Shown in pieces: positions 1-9,328 of a stretch of 64,000 bases of DNA (its first letter is position 1; each line of letters starts with the position of its first letter). Below the pieces are notes generated by a model that did no database searches, was not told the DNA's origin, and saw only the letters and a list, made by a program, of their open reading frames with translations. A program made the position numbers and the translations under genes. The DNA lies in assembly GCA_026394195.1 (NCBI GenBank), contig JAPKYS010000043.1, forward strand, positions 83,131 to 147,130, in the 5' to 3' direction. Source of the stretch: a bacterium (GTDB lineage Bacteria; Electryoneota; B3-LCP).

Positions 1-554
1 GAATCGGCTGGGGGTTGGTGACGGACATTCAACCACCCGATTATGAAACCCGTTTGGCTATTCTGCAGAAACGCTCTGACATGGAAGGAATCTACCTTCC
101 AGAAGAAGTGGCTGATTTTCTGGCTCGATACTTCGTTGATAACATTCGAGAACTGGAGAGCGCTTTGATCAGACTGGTGGCGCACAGTTCTATTACCGGG
201 ACCGACCTGACTCTTCAGCTTACCCAGGAGATCTTCAAAAACCAGATCCGTACGACCTCGGTCAGTATCAGCGTCGAGATGATTCTGCAGAAGGTGGCTG
301 AGTTCTACAAGATACCTCTTGACTCGCTGCTTGCACATAACCGCAAGAAGGAAATTGTTTGGGCCAGGCAGGTTGCCATGTACCTCTGCACAATACTGAC
401 CAACGCTTCACTGGAAAGCATCGGTGTGCACATTGGTAACCGCGATCATTCTACCGTGATTCATGCCCGTAATCTGGTGGCGAAGAAAACCGCATCAAAT
501 CAGGATATATTCGGTGAGATAGAGAGTATTAAAGCAAACATATCAACTCACTGA
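1..554 (+). CDS. dnaA: Chromosomal replication initiator DnaA, C-terminal part (domains III-IV); the 5' end is truncated by the window edge
   Basis: The reading frame is open from base 1. The DnaA-box-binding domain IV is present (LAHNRKKEIVWARQVAMYLCTILTN...GNRDHSTVIHA). dnaN lies immediately downstream. Confidence 0.9.
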   Translation, partial: IGWGLVTDIQPPDYETRLAILQKRSDMEGIYLPEEVADFLARYFVDNIRELESALIRLVAHSSITGTDLTLQLTQEIFKNQIRTTSVSISVEMILQKVAEFYKIPLDSLLAHNRKKEIVWARQVAMYLCTILTNASLESIGVHIGNRDHSTVIHARNLVAKKTASNQDIFGEIESIKANISTH

Positions 555-844
555 ACTTTTACGGTGTGGGTAACCTGGAATAACTTGTGGATAAGTCACA
601 CTTATCCACAGCTAAAATTCAAATTAGCCTGTGTTTCTGAGTTATGAGTTACTTATTAACAAAATGCAAGTACTGCTTCAACAATTTTTCAACGACGTTC
701 ATAAGGATGACGCATTGAGTTTAAACTACCTATTAACATAAAATGAAGACTTACTACTACTGTTTTTCTCTCTTTCTCTTTAAGAAGAAAAGCTAATAAT
801 AGTCACTTCACAAACGTAAAATAGGAAAACAGAGGGAGCACAAG
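555..844. promoter_or_regulatory. Candidate oriC and DnaA-regulatory region. Perfect DnaA boxes lie at 586-594 (TGTGGATAA, minus orientation) and 602-610 (TTATCCACA), and a one-mismatch box at 565-573. An AT-rich DUE-like stretch follows at 610-830.
   Basis: The consensus TTATCCACA was read directly from the sequence. The spacer between dnaA and dnaN is AT-rich relative to the flanks. Confidence 0.6.
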
Positions 845-1966
845 ATGAAGTTCAAAGTATCACAGGAACCCTTTCTGCAGGGAGTTTCCAGAGTTTCGGG
901 TGTAATCCCCACCAGAACACCGCTGACCTTTTTATATAATATCCACGCGACTCTTTCTGAAAATAGCCTTACCCTGACGGCATCAGATGGTGACGTTTTT
1001 CTGATCACCACCGTGCAGGTCGAAGGGTTGGAACCAGGGTCGATTTTAGTTCCGGCGCGCCCCTTGCTCGACCTGCTCCGAGAAATGCCAGGGGTTGAAA
1101 TTGAGTTTACCACATCTCCAGAGCAACACCTCATAGTAAACACATCCAAGGGTAAGTTTACTATCCCCGGCGAGGATCCATCCCGCTTTCCTACCGCTCC
1201 TAAGGATTGGCCGCCTCACAAACTGGCATTCAGTTCTCAAGAATTGAAGAATATACTGGATCAAACCACCTTTGCGGTGTCGCATGATGAACTCAGACCG
1301 GCACTAACAGGATTGCTGCTTCAGTTTATGGAAAATGAAATGCGCGCCGTTTCGACGGATGGTCACCGTATGGTAAAATTGGTGCGGACCAGCGCCGAAC
1401 CGGTCGTAGCAGCCGAAGGAGAGGTTGAAGTCATCGTCCCATTACGCACGCTGAATTTGTTGCAGCGCAACCTCGATGAGGTCGAAAAGGTGGATATTTA
1501 CCTGGCGAACAACCGGGTAGTTTTCGACACCGGAAATTTGATAATTACCAGCAAAGTGGTGGAAGGTAAATTCCCTGCCTATGATGCGGTGATTCCCAAA
1601 GACAACCCGCAACATTTACAAATGGATCTCGAACCCTTCACGGCTGCCGTGAAGCGCGTTTCCATCTTTGCGAATCCGATCAATCGGCTGGTTGTACTGA
1701 CATTGGAACAGACCTCCGTAAAATTCTTTGCCGAAGACCCAGACAGCGGACGGCAAGGTGAAGAAGAAGTCGAAGCACTCTACACCGGGCAGAGCTTCCA
1801 GATCGGTTACAACGCCAACTACCTGTTGGAAGCCCTGCGGCACATGCCGGGCAGCGCTATTGACTTATATCTGGGATCACCGACCTCTGCGGGTATCCTT
1901 AAACCGCGTGAAAACGCCACAGGTCAGGACCTGATGATGCTGTTGATGCCAATCAGGTTACAATAA
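845..1966 (+). CDS. dnaN: DNA polymerase III beta subunit (sliding clamp)
   Basis: 373 aa with three-domain beta-clamp architecture. Position directly after dnaA. RBS-like GGGAG lies upstream. Confidence 0.92.
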   Translation: MKFKVSQEPFLQGVSRVSGVIPTRTPLTFLYNIHATLSENSLTLTASDGDVFLITTVQVEGLEPGSILVPARPLLDLLREMPGVEIEFTTSPEQHLIVNTSKGKFTIPGEDPSRFPTAPKDWPPHKLAFSSQELKNILDQTTFAVSHDELRPALTGLLLQFMENEMRAVSTDGHRMVKLVRTSAEPVVAAEGEVEVIVPLRTLNLLQRNLDEVEKVDIYLANNRVVFDTGNLIITSKVVEGKFPAYDAVIPKDNPQHLQMDLEPFTAAVKRVSIFANPINRLVVLTLEQTSVKFFAEDPDSGRQGEEEVEALYTGQSFQIGYNANYLLEALRHMPGSAIDLYLGSPTSAGILKPRENATGQDLMMLLMPIRLQ

Positions 1967-2001
1967 AGCAGATATCAGTACCCGGACGAAGATAGTCATA
2001 T

Positions 2002-2328
2002 TTGCAGGCGATGCGAAAACGAAGCGAACCTAACTCGACCAGACCGGTTGCATTTATTCCGCTTGCCGCGGCGATAGACAGCGCGCTTTCCGCCCCGAAG
2101 ATCAGGCAGCAGATCCTCGCATCAGTTCTCGCATCGGAATGGGAAGAGATCGTAGGAACGACGATCTTCAACCATGTTAAGCCCACGGCATTGTCGGGAA
2201 GCGTCCTTACCTTGCAGGCAGATTCTTCGGTGTGGAGGCAGCAGGTCAGCTTTCTAAAAAATGATCTGAAGGATCGAATCAACTCAAAATTAGGTTACAT
2301 CAAGATTCGAGATATCAAGGTCAGGTAA
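2002..2328 (+). CDS. DUF721 (DciA-like) protein, occupying the usual recF/gyrB neighbourhood
   Basis: 108 aa. Pattern W..IVG...HV.P..L..G.L.L.ADSSVW.Q is typical of the DUF721 proteins that sit between dnaN/recF and gyrB. Confidence 0.55.
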   Translation: MQAMRKRSEPNSTRPVAFIPLAAAIDSALSAPKIRQQILASVLASEWEEIVGTTIFNHVKPTALSGSVLTLQADSSVWRQQVSFLKNDLKDRINSKLGYIKIRDIKVR

Positions 2329-2349
2329 TCCGAATAAAAAGGAGAGCCG

Positions 2350-2970
2350 ATGCAAAAGAAAAACGTGGATCTATGGGGCATTTCTTTCGCTCTGGTCATC
2401 GTCACTCTTTTTCTACTTCCCACCCTCACATCTTCCAAGGAGGCTGATATGGATGAAATAACCACGAAAGATTTGGTCCGCATGGGCGATATTCCGTTGA
2501 CCCTGGTCGGACCACAGCTCAAGATAGGACAAAAACTTCCTGACGCCACCCTTGTCGACGGCGACATGCAGGAAGTTCTACTCTCGACTTACTTCGGTAA
2601 GATTCTGATCATCAGCACCGTTCCTTCACTGGATACACCGGTCTGCAATGCGCAGACGAGACACTTCAATCTCGAAGCATCATCCCTGGGACCACAGGTT
2701 CAGATCATCACCATCTCCAACGATCTGCCCTTTGCGCAGAAAAGGTTCTGCGCCGCCGAAGGGATCACTCAGGTCAAGGTGCTTTCAGATTATCGGGGTC
2801 AGCAGTTCGCTCGCGCCGCCGGACTATTTATCAAGGAAAACTGGTTGCTGGCGCGCACGGTCGAAGTTGTTGATCAGCGAGGCATCGTGCGGTACATTCA
2901 GATTGTTCCCGTGCTGGGTCAGGAACCGGACTATGAACCGGTCATTGAAGCCGTGAAAAAGCTGCAATAA
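2350..2970 (+). CDS. tpx: Thiol peroxidase (Tpx, atypical 2-Cys peroxiredoxin). An N-terminal hydrophobic extension is present, and the true start may be the internal Met near 2449.
   Basis: LTLVGPQLKIGQKLPDATLVD...PSLDTPVC...NDLPFAQKRFC matches the Tpx family, with both peroxidatic and resolving Cys present. Confidence 0.8.
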   Translation: MQKKNVDLWGISFALVIVTLFLLPTLTSSKEADMDEITTKDLVRMGDIPLTLVGPQLKIGQKLPDATLVDGDMQEVLLSTYFGKILIISTVPSLDTPVCNAQTRHFNLEASSLGPQVQIITISNDLPFAQKRFCAAEGITQVKVLSDYRGQQFARAAGLFIKENWLLARTVEVVDQRGIVRYIQIVPVLGQEPDYEPVIEAVKKLQ

Positions 2971-3108
2971 CCTCCTGCGCAGAAAATCTATCATCTTGTA
3001 CGCCCGCAATGGAATCCAGGGTTGAATGGAAGGGCGCTTACGGCATTGCTTCAGCAGGACAAGATAAAAAAGCGGCAAACCTTTTTTTAACTGGGGAGGG
3101 TTCGCGCG

Positions 3109-3876
3109 ATGGGAACCGTTAATCAGGAACTGCTGGGGAATTTACAGCAAAAGCTGGGCGTGGGGAAAACACAGGTTTACTGGCATATTGCCAGAAGGCG
3201 GGAAGAGACCCGTCTCTCCCGGGACCTTTCTGCGATCGCCCTGGCGCTGGAAACCGGTCTCGACGTTTCCAGGTACGCTACCGAACACGACCTGGAAATT
3301 ATATTGCATTCATCTCCGATTCTGGCGCCCCAGATCGAAAAAATTCTACCTCAGAAACGAGAGGTTTCACGAGCAATCCAGGAATTGAATCAGCAGGAAA
3401 GCAGTTCCAGCCCATTTGTCGATAGCAAGACGATTCATGCCGCCTACCGTAATGCCGAACTCTACGCCAAATTCTACCTCTTCGAAAATTCCCTGCGCAT
3501 GTTGGTTCATGCGATCATGGAGAAGAAATACGGCGCAGAGTGGTGGTATGAGACGGCCCCTCGAGATATCATGAATGCCACCTTCGAGCGCCGGTCCGGA
3601 GAAAAAGAGCCGCGCTGGCGGGGTCAATGGGGCGCGGAACCGATCTATTACACCGACATCAAGGATTTATCGGTGATCATGGAAACGCACCAAGACCTGT
3701 TTTCCCGGTATCTGGGGGAAAACATTAAGATCGACGGCATAATTGATTTGATCGAGCGGATACGCACGTCCTTCGCCTTCACCAATCCGGTTGCACAGAA
3801 AGACCGGGAGCAATTCACCGCGTTTTTGGATCAATGGAACACCCTGCTTGATCAGGCTCATCATAGGATGTCCTGA
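3109..3876 (+). CDS. Hypothetical protein with an N-terminal HTH-like segment and an uncharacterised C-terminal alpha-helical domain
   Basis: 255 aa with a good RBS (GGGGAGGG). LQQKLGVGKTQVYWHIARR resembles a helix-turn-helix. No confident family assignment. Confidence 0.4.
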   Translation: MGTVNQELLGNLQQKLGVGKTQVYWHIARRREETRLSRDLSAIALALETGLDVSRYATEHDLEIILHSSPILAPQIEKILPQKREVSRAIQELNQQESSSSPFVDSKTIHAAYRNAELYAKFYLFENSLRMLVHAIMEKKYGAEWWYETAPRDIMNATFERRSGEKEPRWRGQWGAEPIYYTDIKDLSVIMETHQDLFSRYLGENIKIDGIIDLIERIRTSFAFTNPVAQKDREQFTAFLDQWNTLLDQAHHRMS

Positions 3877-4005
3877 ACTACGGAAAGCGCAGTAAAAGTT
3901 AAAGCAGCGCCCGTGTTGGCCCAAGTGTGTAAGTATTAATTTCAGGTAAAGATACGGACCGCCAGAGTACCAAGCCCTGCCTCTTCGACCAAGCACGAGC
4001 CCTAC

Positions 4006-4884
4006 TTGTCAAAAACCAGGAAAGGTTACGCCTTTGTCATAGCCAGCTCCTTTTTTACCGGGATAATGTACTCCCTCGGAAAGGTGGTGCTCGAAGAAAT
4101 CACGCCGGTCCACATGATCGGTTTGATTTTCTCTGTTTCGGTGCTGCCGCTGGCGGGTTGGTCGATTGCCAATGGCGAATGGAGACAGTTCAGAAATTGT
4201 ACGCGCCGTGATTGGCTCTATATTATTGCCTTCAGTCTGACCTCCATTGCGGCGTTACTTGCCATGTGGACGGGTATCGAGCATCTTGACCCGACGGTCG
4301 CCAGTTTCATCGGGCGGTTGCAAACGTTGGTGGCGGTCTTTTTGGGTATCCTCTTTTTACGCGAACGCTTTCATCTGTCCGAATTCGTTGGCGGGCTGAT
4401 CGTTATCGTCGGTATCGTGATCATCCGCATCTCCTTCGACGTCAGCCTGAGCCTATGGTTCTGGGTGATGGTCGTCAGTGCCTTCTTTTTCGGCGTCACA
4501 GAAGTTTATGCCAAGTTATCGGTTCGCAGCCTGGCTCCCGTGCCGCTCAACCTGGTGCGGAATGGAATTATTGCCATCTTCTTTTTGGTCTGGACCTGGT
4601 TCAGCGAAGCGTCTATATTCAATCTGGGTCGGCTCTGGCCGTATATTATCGCTCTTTCGCTGGGTGGTCCGGTGGGATCGCGCCTCTGCTTTCTGTTTGC
4701 TTTGAAATACATCGACGTTTCCAAAGCCGTGCTGGTCAACCAAATGCAGCCTCTTTTCGTTTCGGCGATAGCATTTACCTTTATCGGAACCATCCCCACC
4801 CTGCAGGAATGGATCGGAGGCGTTCTGGTTTTGGGCGGGTGTGTGGTGTTGATGGGGTGGAGGGGGAAGGTAATCTCGAGGTGA
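4006..4884 (+). CDS. EamA/DMT-family membrane transporter
   Basis: About 10 hydrophobic spans arranged as a duplicated EamA-like repeat. TTG start. Confidence 0.75.
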   Translation: MSKTRKGYAFVIASSFFTGIMYSLGKVVLEEITPVHMIGLIFSVSVLPLAGWSIANGEWRQFRNCTRRDWLYIIAFSLTSIAALLAMWTGIEHLDPTVASFIGRLQTLVAVFLGILFLRERFHLSEFVGGLIVIVGIVIIRISFDVSLSLWFWVMVVSAFFFGVTEVYAKLSVRSLAPVPLNLVRNGIIAIFFLVWTWFSEASIFNLGRLWPYIIALSLGGPVGSRLCFLFALKYIDVSKAVLVNQMQPLFVSAIAFTFIGTIPTLQEWIGGVLVLGGCVVLMGWRGKVISR

Positions 4885-4892
4885 GTAGTACG

Positions 4893-5600
4893 ATGAGTAA
4901 AAAGACGAGCGCCGATCCGAGGAAAGAATTTGAGGAGATGAGGGAAGCGATAACACTTCATTTTCGAGAGTGCTTTAATTATTTGGAAAATTATGATACT
5001 GTTGTAAACATACAGGACAAAGAACGTGAATTGTACCAATTCGCATCTTTCTTTTTTAAAGATCTTCGGAAAGCATTTTGGTGTACTCTTGTTCTTTGGA
5101 TTTATAAATTGACCAAAGATAAATACGTTGGCATGATTCACTTATTGAATTTTGCTGAAGAACACACCGATTTGTTCACTCGAAATGGGACAATTTCACC
5201 TGAATCCATTAAGACTGACAGAAAAACTATTGAAAAAAATCCAGAATTCATTTCGATTATGAATCGGAGACATCATTATTATGGACACTTTAATCCAGAA
5301 TTTGTGAGGCATCCAGAGCTGATGGAAAAAAAGTACCCAATCACCTGGAAGAATCTTACAGCAGCCATAGATGAAGCATGGGAAATTCTTCAAAAATATT
5401 CTTGCTCGTATGATGGTGGATGTTCTGCGAAATATTGGTTAAGAGATGGTTCCGGTGGTATAGGTAAGGTTATCGACTTGATCAGGAATCAGAGTTTGAA
5501 GATTGAGCGCGAGCAACAGGAAGAGTACAATCGTTTGTTTGGTGAAACAGGAATTAATCCAAAGGGCAACCATGGCAGCCGTCAAAGAGATTCTGATTGA
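4893..5600 (+). CDS. Hypothetical protein in a low-GC islet, with a HEPN-like R-x6-H motif (NRRHHYYGH). Candidate abortive-infection or defence effector.
   Basis: The ATG at 4893 lies in frame within the long ORF that starts at 4455. GC is about 33%, against roughly 55-60% in the flanks. It sits immediately upstream of a toxin-antitoxin pair. Confidence 0.5.
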   Translation: MSKKTSADPRKEFEEMREAITLHFRECFNYLENYDTVVNIQDKERELYQFASFFFKDLRKAFWCTLVLWIYKLTKDKYVGMIHLLNFAEEHTDLFTRNGTISPESIKTDRKTIEKNPEFISIMNRRHHYYGHFNPEFVRHPELMEKKYPITWKNLTAAIDEAWEILQKYSCSYDGGCSAKYWLRDGSGGIGKVIDLIRNQSLKIEREQQEEYNRLFGETGINPKGNHGSRQRDSD

Positions 5601-5670
5601 AAAACAAGGTTTGAAGCCAGGATGAGAACAACAGGAAGAGTACAAATGATTTTAAACAGGATAAGAAATC

Positions 5671-5895
5671 ATGCAAAAAACCGTGACGATAGAACAAATT
5701 GAAAAATCACTAGAGAGCCTTCCAGCGAATGAGCAGTTGCGATTGATTGAAAAACTTGCTCGTCTCATTCGAAAGCAGGAAAAGAAAAGAAACCAAACCC
5801 TTATCTGGTCTGATCTTTATGGAAGCGGTAAAGGTATCTGGGATGGTGAGGATGCTCAGGAGTATGTCAATCGTATGAGGGAAGACAGATCATGA
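5671..5895 (+). CDS. Type II antitoxin (small, VapB-like partner of the downstream PIN toxin)
   Basis: 74 aa. There is a 4-nt ATGA overlap with the downstream PIN gene. Low GC. Confidence 0.55.
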   Translation: MQKTVTIEQIEKSLESLPANEQLRLIEKLARLIRKQEKKRNQTLIWSDLYGSGKGIWDGEDAQEYVNRMREDRS

Positions 5896-6344
5896 CCATC
5901 AAAAGCGAGATACGCCGGATCGATACGCTCTTTATTGATACCGCGCCCATCATCTACTTTATCGAATCACACCCCCAATATGGACCGATTGTTGATGAAG
6001 TCATGCAGTCGATGCAACGGGGAAATCTTTTCGGCCTTTCATCCGTCATCACGTTGACTGAAGTCTTACCAAAACCCACAGAATTAAAAAAAGAAGATCT
6101 CGTAAAAAAATTCATAACTTTCTTAAAAAACGGTCAGAATTTTGAGTTACTTGATGTTAATCTAAACATAGCCGAGTTAGCCGGTCGGATGCGAGGAATG
6201 TATCCCTCGCTGAAGACAATCGATGCAATTCAGCTTGCTACTGCAATTGAGGTGAAAGCAGACGCCTTTTTAACCAATGACCTTAGACTAAAACAAATCA
6301 GGGAAATCCGGGTAATTTGTTTGAAGGATTTCCTAAAACAATAA
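5892..6344 (+). CDS. vapC: PIN-domain toxin (VapC-like ribonuclease)
   Basis: Acidic PIN residues are present (FIDTAPIIY..E...T..E......DAIQLATAIE....LTND). Confidence 0.8.
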   Translation: MTIKSEIRRIDTLFIDTAPIIYFIESHPQYGPIVDEVMQSMQRGNLFGLSSVITLTEVLPKPTELKKEDLVKKFITFLKNGQNFELLDVNLNIAELAGRMRGMYPSLKTIDAIQLATAIEVKADAFLTNDLRLKQIREIRVICLKDFLKQ

Positions 6345-6366
6345 GCGTGAAGAATAAGTTACCCCC

Positions 6367-8352
6367 ATGCCTGACATAGAAAAAATCGAACCGATCGAAA
6401 CCTACGACGCGCAAAAGATCACCGTCTTAAAAGGTCTGGAAGCGGTGCGCAAACGCCCGGCCATGTACATCGGCGACGTTTCGGCGCGCGGGTTGCACCA
6501 CCTGGTCTACGAAGTGGTGGATAACGCCGTGGATGAAGCCATGGCGGGATTCTGCACGGAGATCGAGGTGAACCTCCACCCGGACGATTCCGCAGAAGTC
6601 TGGGATAACGGCCGCGGCATCCCCATCGACAAACATAAGACCGAAAAAGTGTCAGCCCTGCAGGTGGTCATGACCATGCTGCACGCCGGCGGCAAATTCG
6701 ACAAGCAGTCGTACAAGGTTTCCGGAGGACTGCACGGTGTCGGCGTCTCGGTGGTGAACGCGCTTTCGCTCTGGTGCTGGGCGGAAGTTTGCCGCGAAGA
6801 AAAACTCTACCGTCAGAGCTATCAGTGCGGTCACGCTGACGGACCGGTTCAGGAGACCGGCAAATGCCGCCAGCGCGGCACCCGGGTGCGCTTTTTCCCC
6901 GATCCGGAAATCTTTAAGGAGACTCGATTCAGCTTCGATACGGTCTCCAACCGACTTCGGGAATTAGCCTTCTTGAACAGCGGACTCAAGATTACCGCCC
7001 GCGACCTGCGAGCCGAAGAAGCAAGGGAAAGGGAGTTCCAATACAAGGGTGGACTATCCGAGTTCGTGGCTTATCTCGATGAAACCCGCATTGCGCTGCA
7101 TCAGAGTCCGATCATCATCACCGGCGAGAAAGAGGGTGTCGTCGTTGATATCGCCATGGAGTACAACGATTCCTACCAGGAAAACATCTTCACCTACGTC
7201 AATAATATCTACACGTTAGAAGGCGGTACGCACCTTTCTGGCTTCAAAGCAGCGCTGACCCGGACTTTAAACTATTGGGCGCTGAAAAACAATATCTTCA
7301 AGACTGATAAGTTCACACTATCAGGTGAAGACACGCGCGAAGGGCTTACGGCAGTCCTTTCCATCAAAGTGCCGGAACCGCAGTTTGAAGGGCAGACCAA
7401 GACCCGTCTGGGCAATTCCGAAGTCAAAGGCATCGTCGAATCTATCGTCAATGATGGTTTGACCGAATACCTGGAAGAACACCCAGGTTACGCCCGCCGC
7501 ATCCTTGATAAGTGCACGTCATCTGCGCGAGCCCGTGAAGCTGCTCGCAAAGCCAAGGACCTGGTGCGTCGCAAAGGCGCCTTGGAATCAGGTTCCCTGC
7601 CCGGCAAGCTGGCGGATTGTTCCATCAACGACCCGGAACACTGCGAACTATTCATCGTGGAAGGCGATTCCGCAGGAGGATCCGCCAAGCAAGGGCGCGA
7701 CCGCCGCTTCCAGGCAATTCTGCCGCTGCGAGGTAAAATCCTCAACGTCGAAAAGGCTCGCCCCGATAAAATCCTGTCCAACGAAGAAATCCGCACCCTC
7801 ATTCAGGCGATCGGCACGGGTATCGGCGGGGACGAACCGCTTGAGGGCAGCGACGGTGAAGCAGACCCGACCGCCGGAGAAAACGGCAATTTCAACCTGA
7901 CCAAACTGCGCTATGGCAAGATCATCATCATGACCGATGCCGACGTCGACGGGGCTCACATCCGCACGCTGCTGCTGACCTTCTTCTTCCGGCACATGAA
8001 GCAGTTGGTGGAAACCGGCCACATCTTCATTGCGCAGCCGCCCCTGTACCGCATCACCAAGAGCAAGAGCGATCATTACGCCTACGATGAAAAAGAGATG
8101 AACGAGGTACTCAAGCGGATCGGCGGCATGCAGGGCGCTCACATGCAGCGTTATAAGGGCTTGGGCGAGATGAACCCCGATCAGCTCTGGACTACCACCA
8201 TGGACCCTGAACGCCGCACTGTGCTCAGGGTTGAATTGGAAGACGCCGCCACCGCCGACAAGATGTTCGAAACCCTGATGGGAGATCACGTGGACAAAAG
8301 ACGCGCCTTCATCGAAGAAAATGCTCGTTACGTCCGCAATCTGGACATTTAA
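6367..8352 (+). CDS. gyrB: DNA gyrase subunit B
   Basis: GHKL ATPase N-terminus (LEAVRKRPAMYIGD..GLHHLVYEVVDNAVDE), a TOPRIM region (EGDSAGGSAKQGRD) and the C-terminal GyrB tail. Confidence 0.95.
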   Translation: MPDIEKIEPIETYDAQKITVLKGLEAVRKRPAMYIGDVSARGLHHLVYEVVDNAVDEAMAGFCTEIEVNLHPDDSAEVWDNGRGIPIDKHKTEKVSALQVVMTMLHAGGKFDKQSYKVSGGLHGVGVSVVNALSLWCWAEVCREEKLYRQSYQCGHADGPVQETGKCRQRGTRVRFFPDPEIFKETRFSFDTVSNRLRELAFLNSGLKITARDLRAEEAREREFQYKGGLSEFVAYLDETRIALHQSPIIITGEKEGVVVDIAMEYNDSYQENIFTYVNNIYTLEGGTHLSGFKAALTRTLNYWALKNNIFKTDKFTLSGEDTREGLTAVLSIKVPEPQFEGQTKTRLGNSEVKGIVESIVNDGLTEYLEEHPGYARRILDKCTSSARAREAARKAKDLVRRKGALESGSLPGKLADCSINDPEHCELFIVEGDSAGGSAKQGRDRRFQAILPLRGKILNVEKARPDKILSNEEIRTLIQAIGTGIGGDEPLEGSDGEADPTAGENGNFNLTKLRYGKIIIMTDADVDGAHIRTLLLTFFFRHMKQLVETGHIFIAQPPLYRITKSKSDHYAYDEKEMNEVLKRIGGMQGAHMQRYKGLGEMNPDQLWTTTMDPERRTVLRVELEDAATADKMFETLMGDHVDKRRAFIEENARYVRNLDI

Positions 8353-8366
8353 ATTTATTTTCCCGG

Positions 8367-8396
8367 GAACAAACCGGAAAAAGTTTCGGTTTGTGA
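8367..8396 (+). terminator. Rho-independent terminator hairpin after gyrB
   Basis: ACAAACCG-GAAAAAGTTT-CGGTTTGT inverted repeat followed by T-rich sequence. Confidence 0.5.
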
Positions 8397-8557
8397 TGTA
8401 GGGCACATTTATGCTCTCTAAAAATGTGCTGTTTATGGGTACCATATGACCGATGTCGGTTCTACTTAAGCGGGGCGAAGGGATCGGCGCGGGGGTACGC
8501 ACAACGATCGGATGCTCGAATGATAGGGGGTGGGATGATGAATAGGGAGAAGACTGC

Positions 8558-9328
8558 ATGTCCATACTGCTATTTGTGGATGAAAGCCGCTGGGAGTCGC
8601 CGGGCAAGCCGGATTATTACGCCACCATGTCCGGCATCGCCGTCGAAGAGCTCTCCTATGTGGATTTCTGCCGGAGGCTGATGAAGCTTAAGGGTCGCTT
8701 CTTCAAGCGTCCCGGTATCGACGAGTACGCTCTGCAGGGCCGCGCCCTGTTGTGCAACCGCGCGCTGACCAGCTACCGCAAAGTCGAATTCGTACAGGAG
8801 CTTTTCAGCCTGTGCCGTTTGCAAAAGGTTGTCGCCTTTTCCACCACCCGCAAGTGTTTGCCTTCCCGGGACGAACGAACACCCAGCGAACTCCCCACCG
8901 CATTCCCTATGGCTGCCATTTCACCCACCGATAAATACAGCGGGGAGGTCTGCTCGATTCTGCTGGCATACCTGGTCGAACGAGTCAACACCTTCATGCT
9001 GGAACGGCATCCCGGCCAAGTTGCCAAGATAATCTTCAAGACCGAAGAAGCCAACCACGATCGCCTCTTGAGCTCCTGCCTGATGAATTTCATCTTCAAG
9101 ACCTCGTTCGGCAGCGGGTTTCACGGTATTTTGGGGACACCCTTCTTCGCTCCGGCGTCGCATTCGCCCGGTTTGCAGTTGGCGGATCTGTTCGCTTACA
9201 TCATCAACCAGCACCACGGCGGGCGCAAGGAGATGCGAGATTTCTTCGAAGAGGTGCTGACCATGCAGTTTATTTCTTCGATTGAGCAGGATGAATTTGA
9301 ACTACGGGGGATGAACTTGATCGAATGA
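8558..9328 (+). CDS. DUF3800-family protein
   Basis: N-terminal LLFVDESRW and C-terminal GLQLADLFAYII motifs characteristic of DUF3800. Confidence 0.65.
   Translation: MSILLFVDESRWESPGKPDYYATMSGIAVEELSYVDFCRRLMKLKGRFFKRPGIDEYALQGRALLCNRALTSYRKVEFVQELFSLCRLQKVVAFSTTRKCLPSRDERTPSELPTAFPMAAISPTDKYSGEVCSILLAYLVERVNTFMLERHPGQVAKIIFKTEEANHDRLLSSCLMNFIFKTSFGSGFHGILGTPFFAPASHSPGLQLADLFAYIINQHHGGRKEMRDFFEEVLTMQFISSIEQDEFELRGMNLIE

Noticed and set aside
2994-3006. 13-nt match (CTTGTACGCCCGC) between the tpx 3' flank and the 3' end and flank of tRNA-Arg (23965-23977). Considered as att sites of a 21-kb island.
   Set aside because: A 13-mer match is expected by chance many times in 64 kb. Only 9 nt lie inside the tRNA. 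The putative island would contain gyrB and other core genes.
4455-4892. Long ORF 4455-5600 whose 5' part overlaps the EamA transporter gene in another frame
   Set aside because: It is GC-rich out-of-frame read-through of the transporter gene. The real gene starts at the ATG at 4893, where GC drops and an RBS-like context appears.
8424-8681. 85-aa ORF overlapping the DUF3800 start
   Set aside because: It overlaps the better-supported DUF3800 gene, which has an RBS and conserved N-terminal motif. It is likely non-coding.
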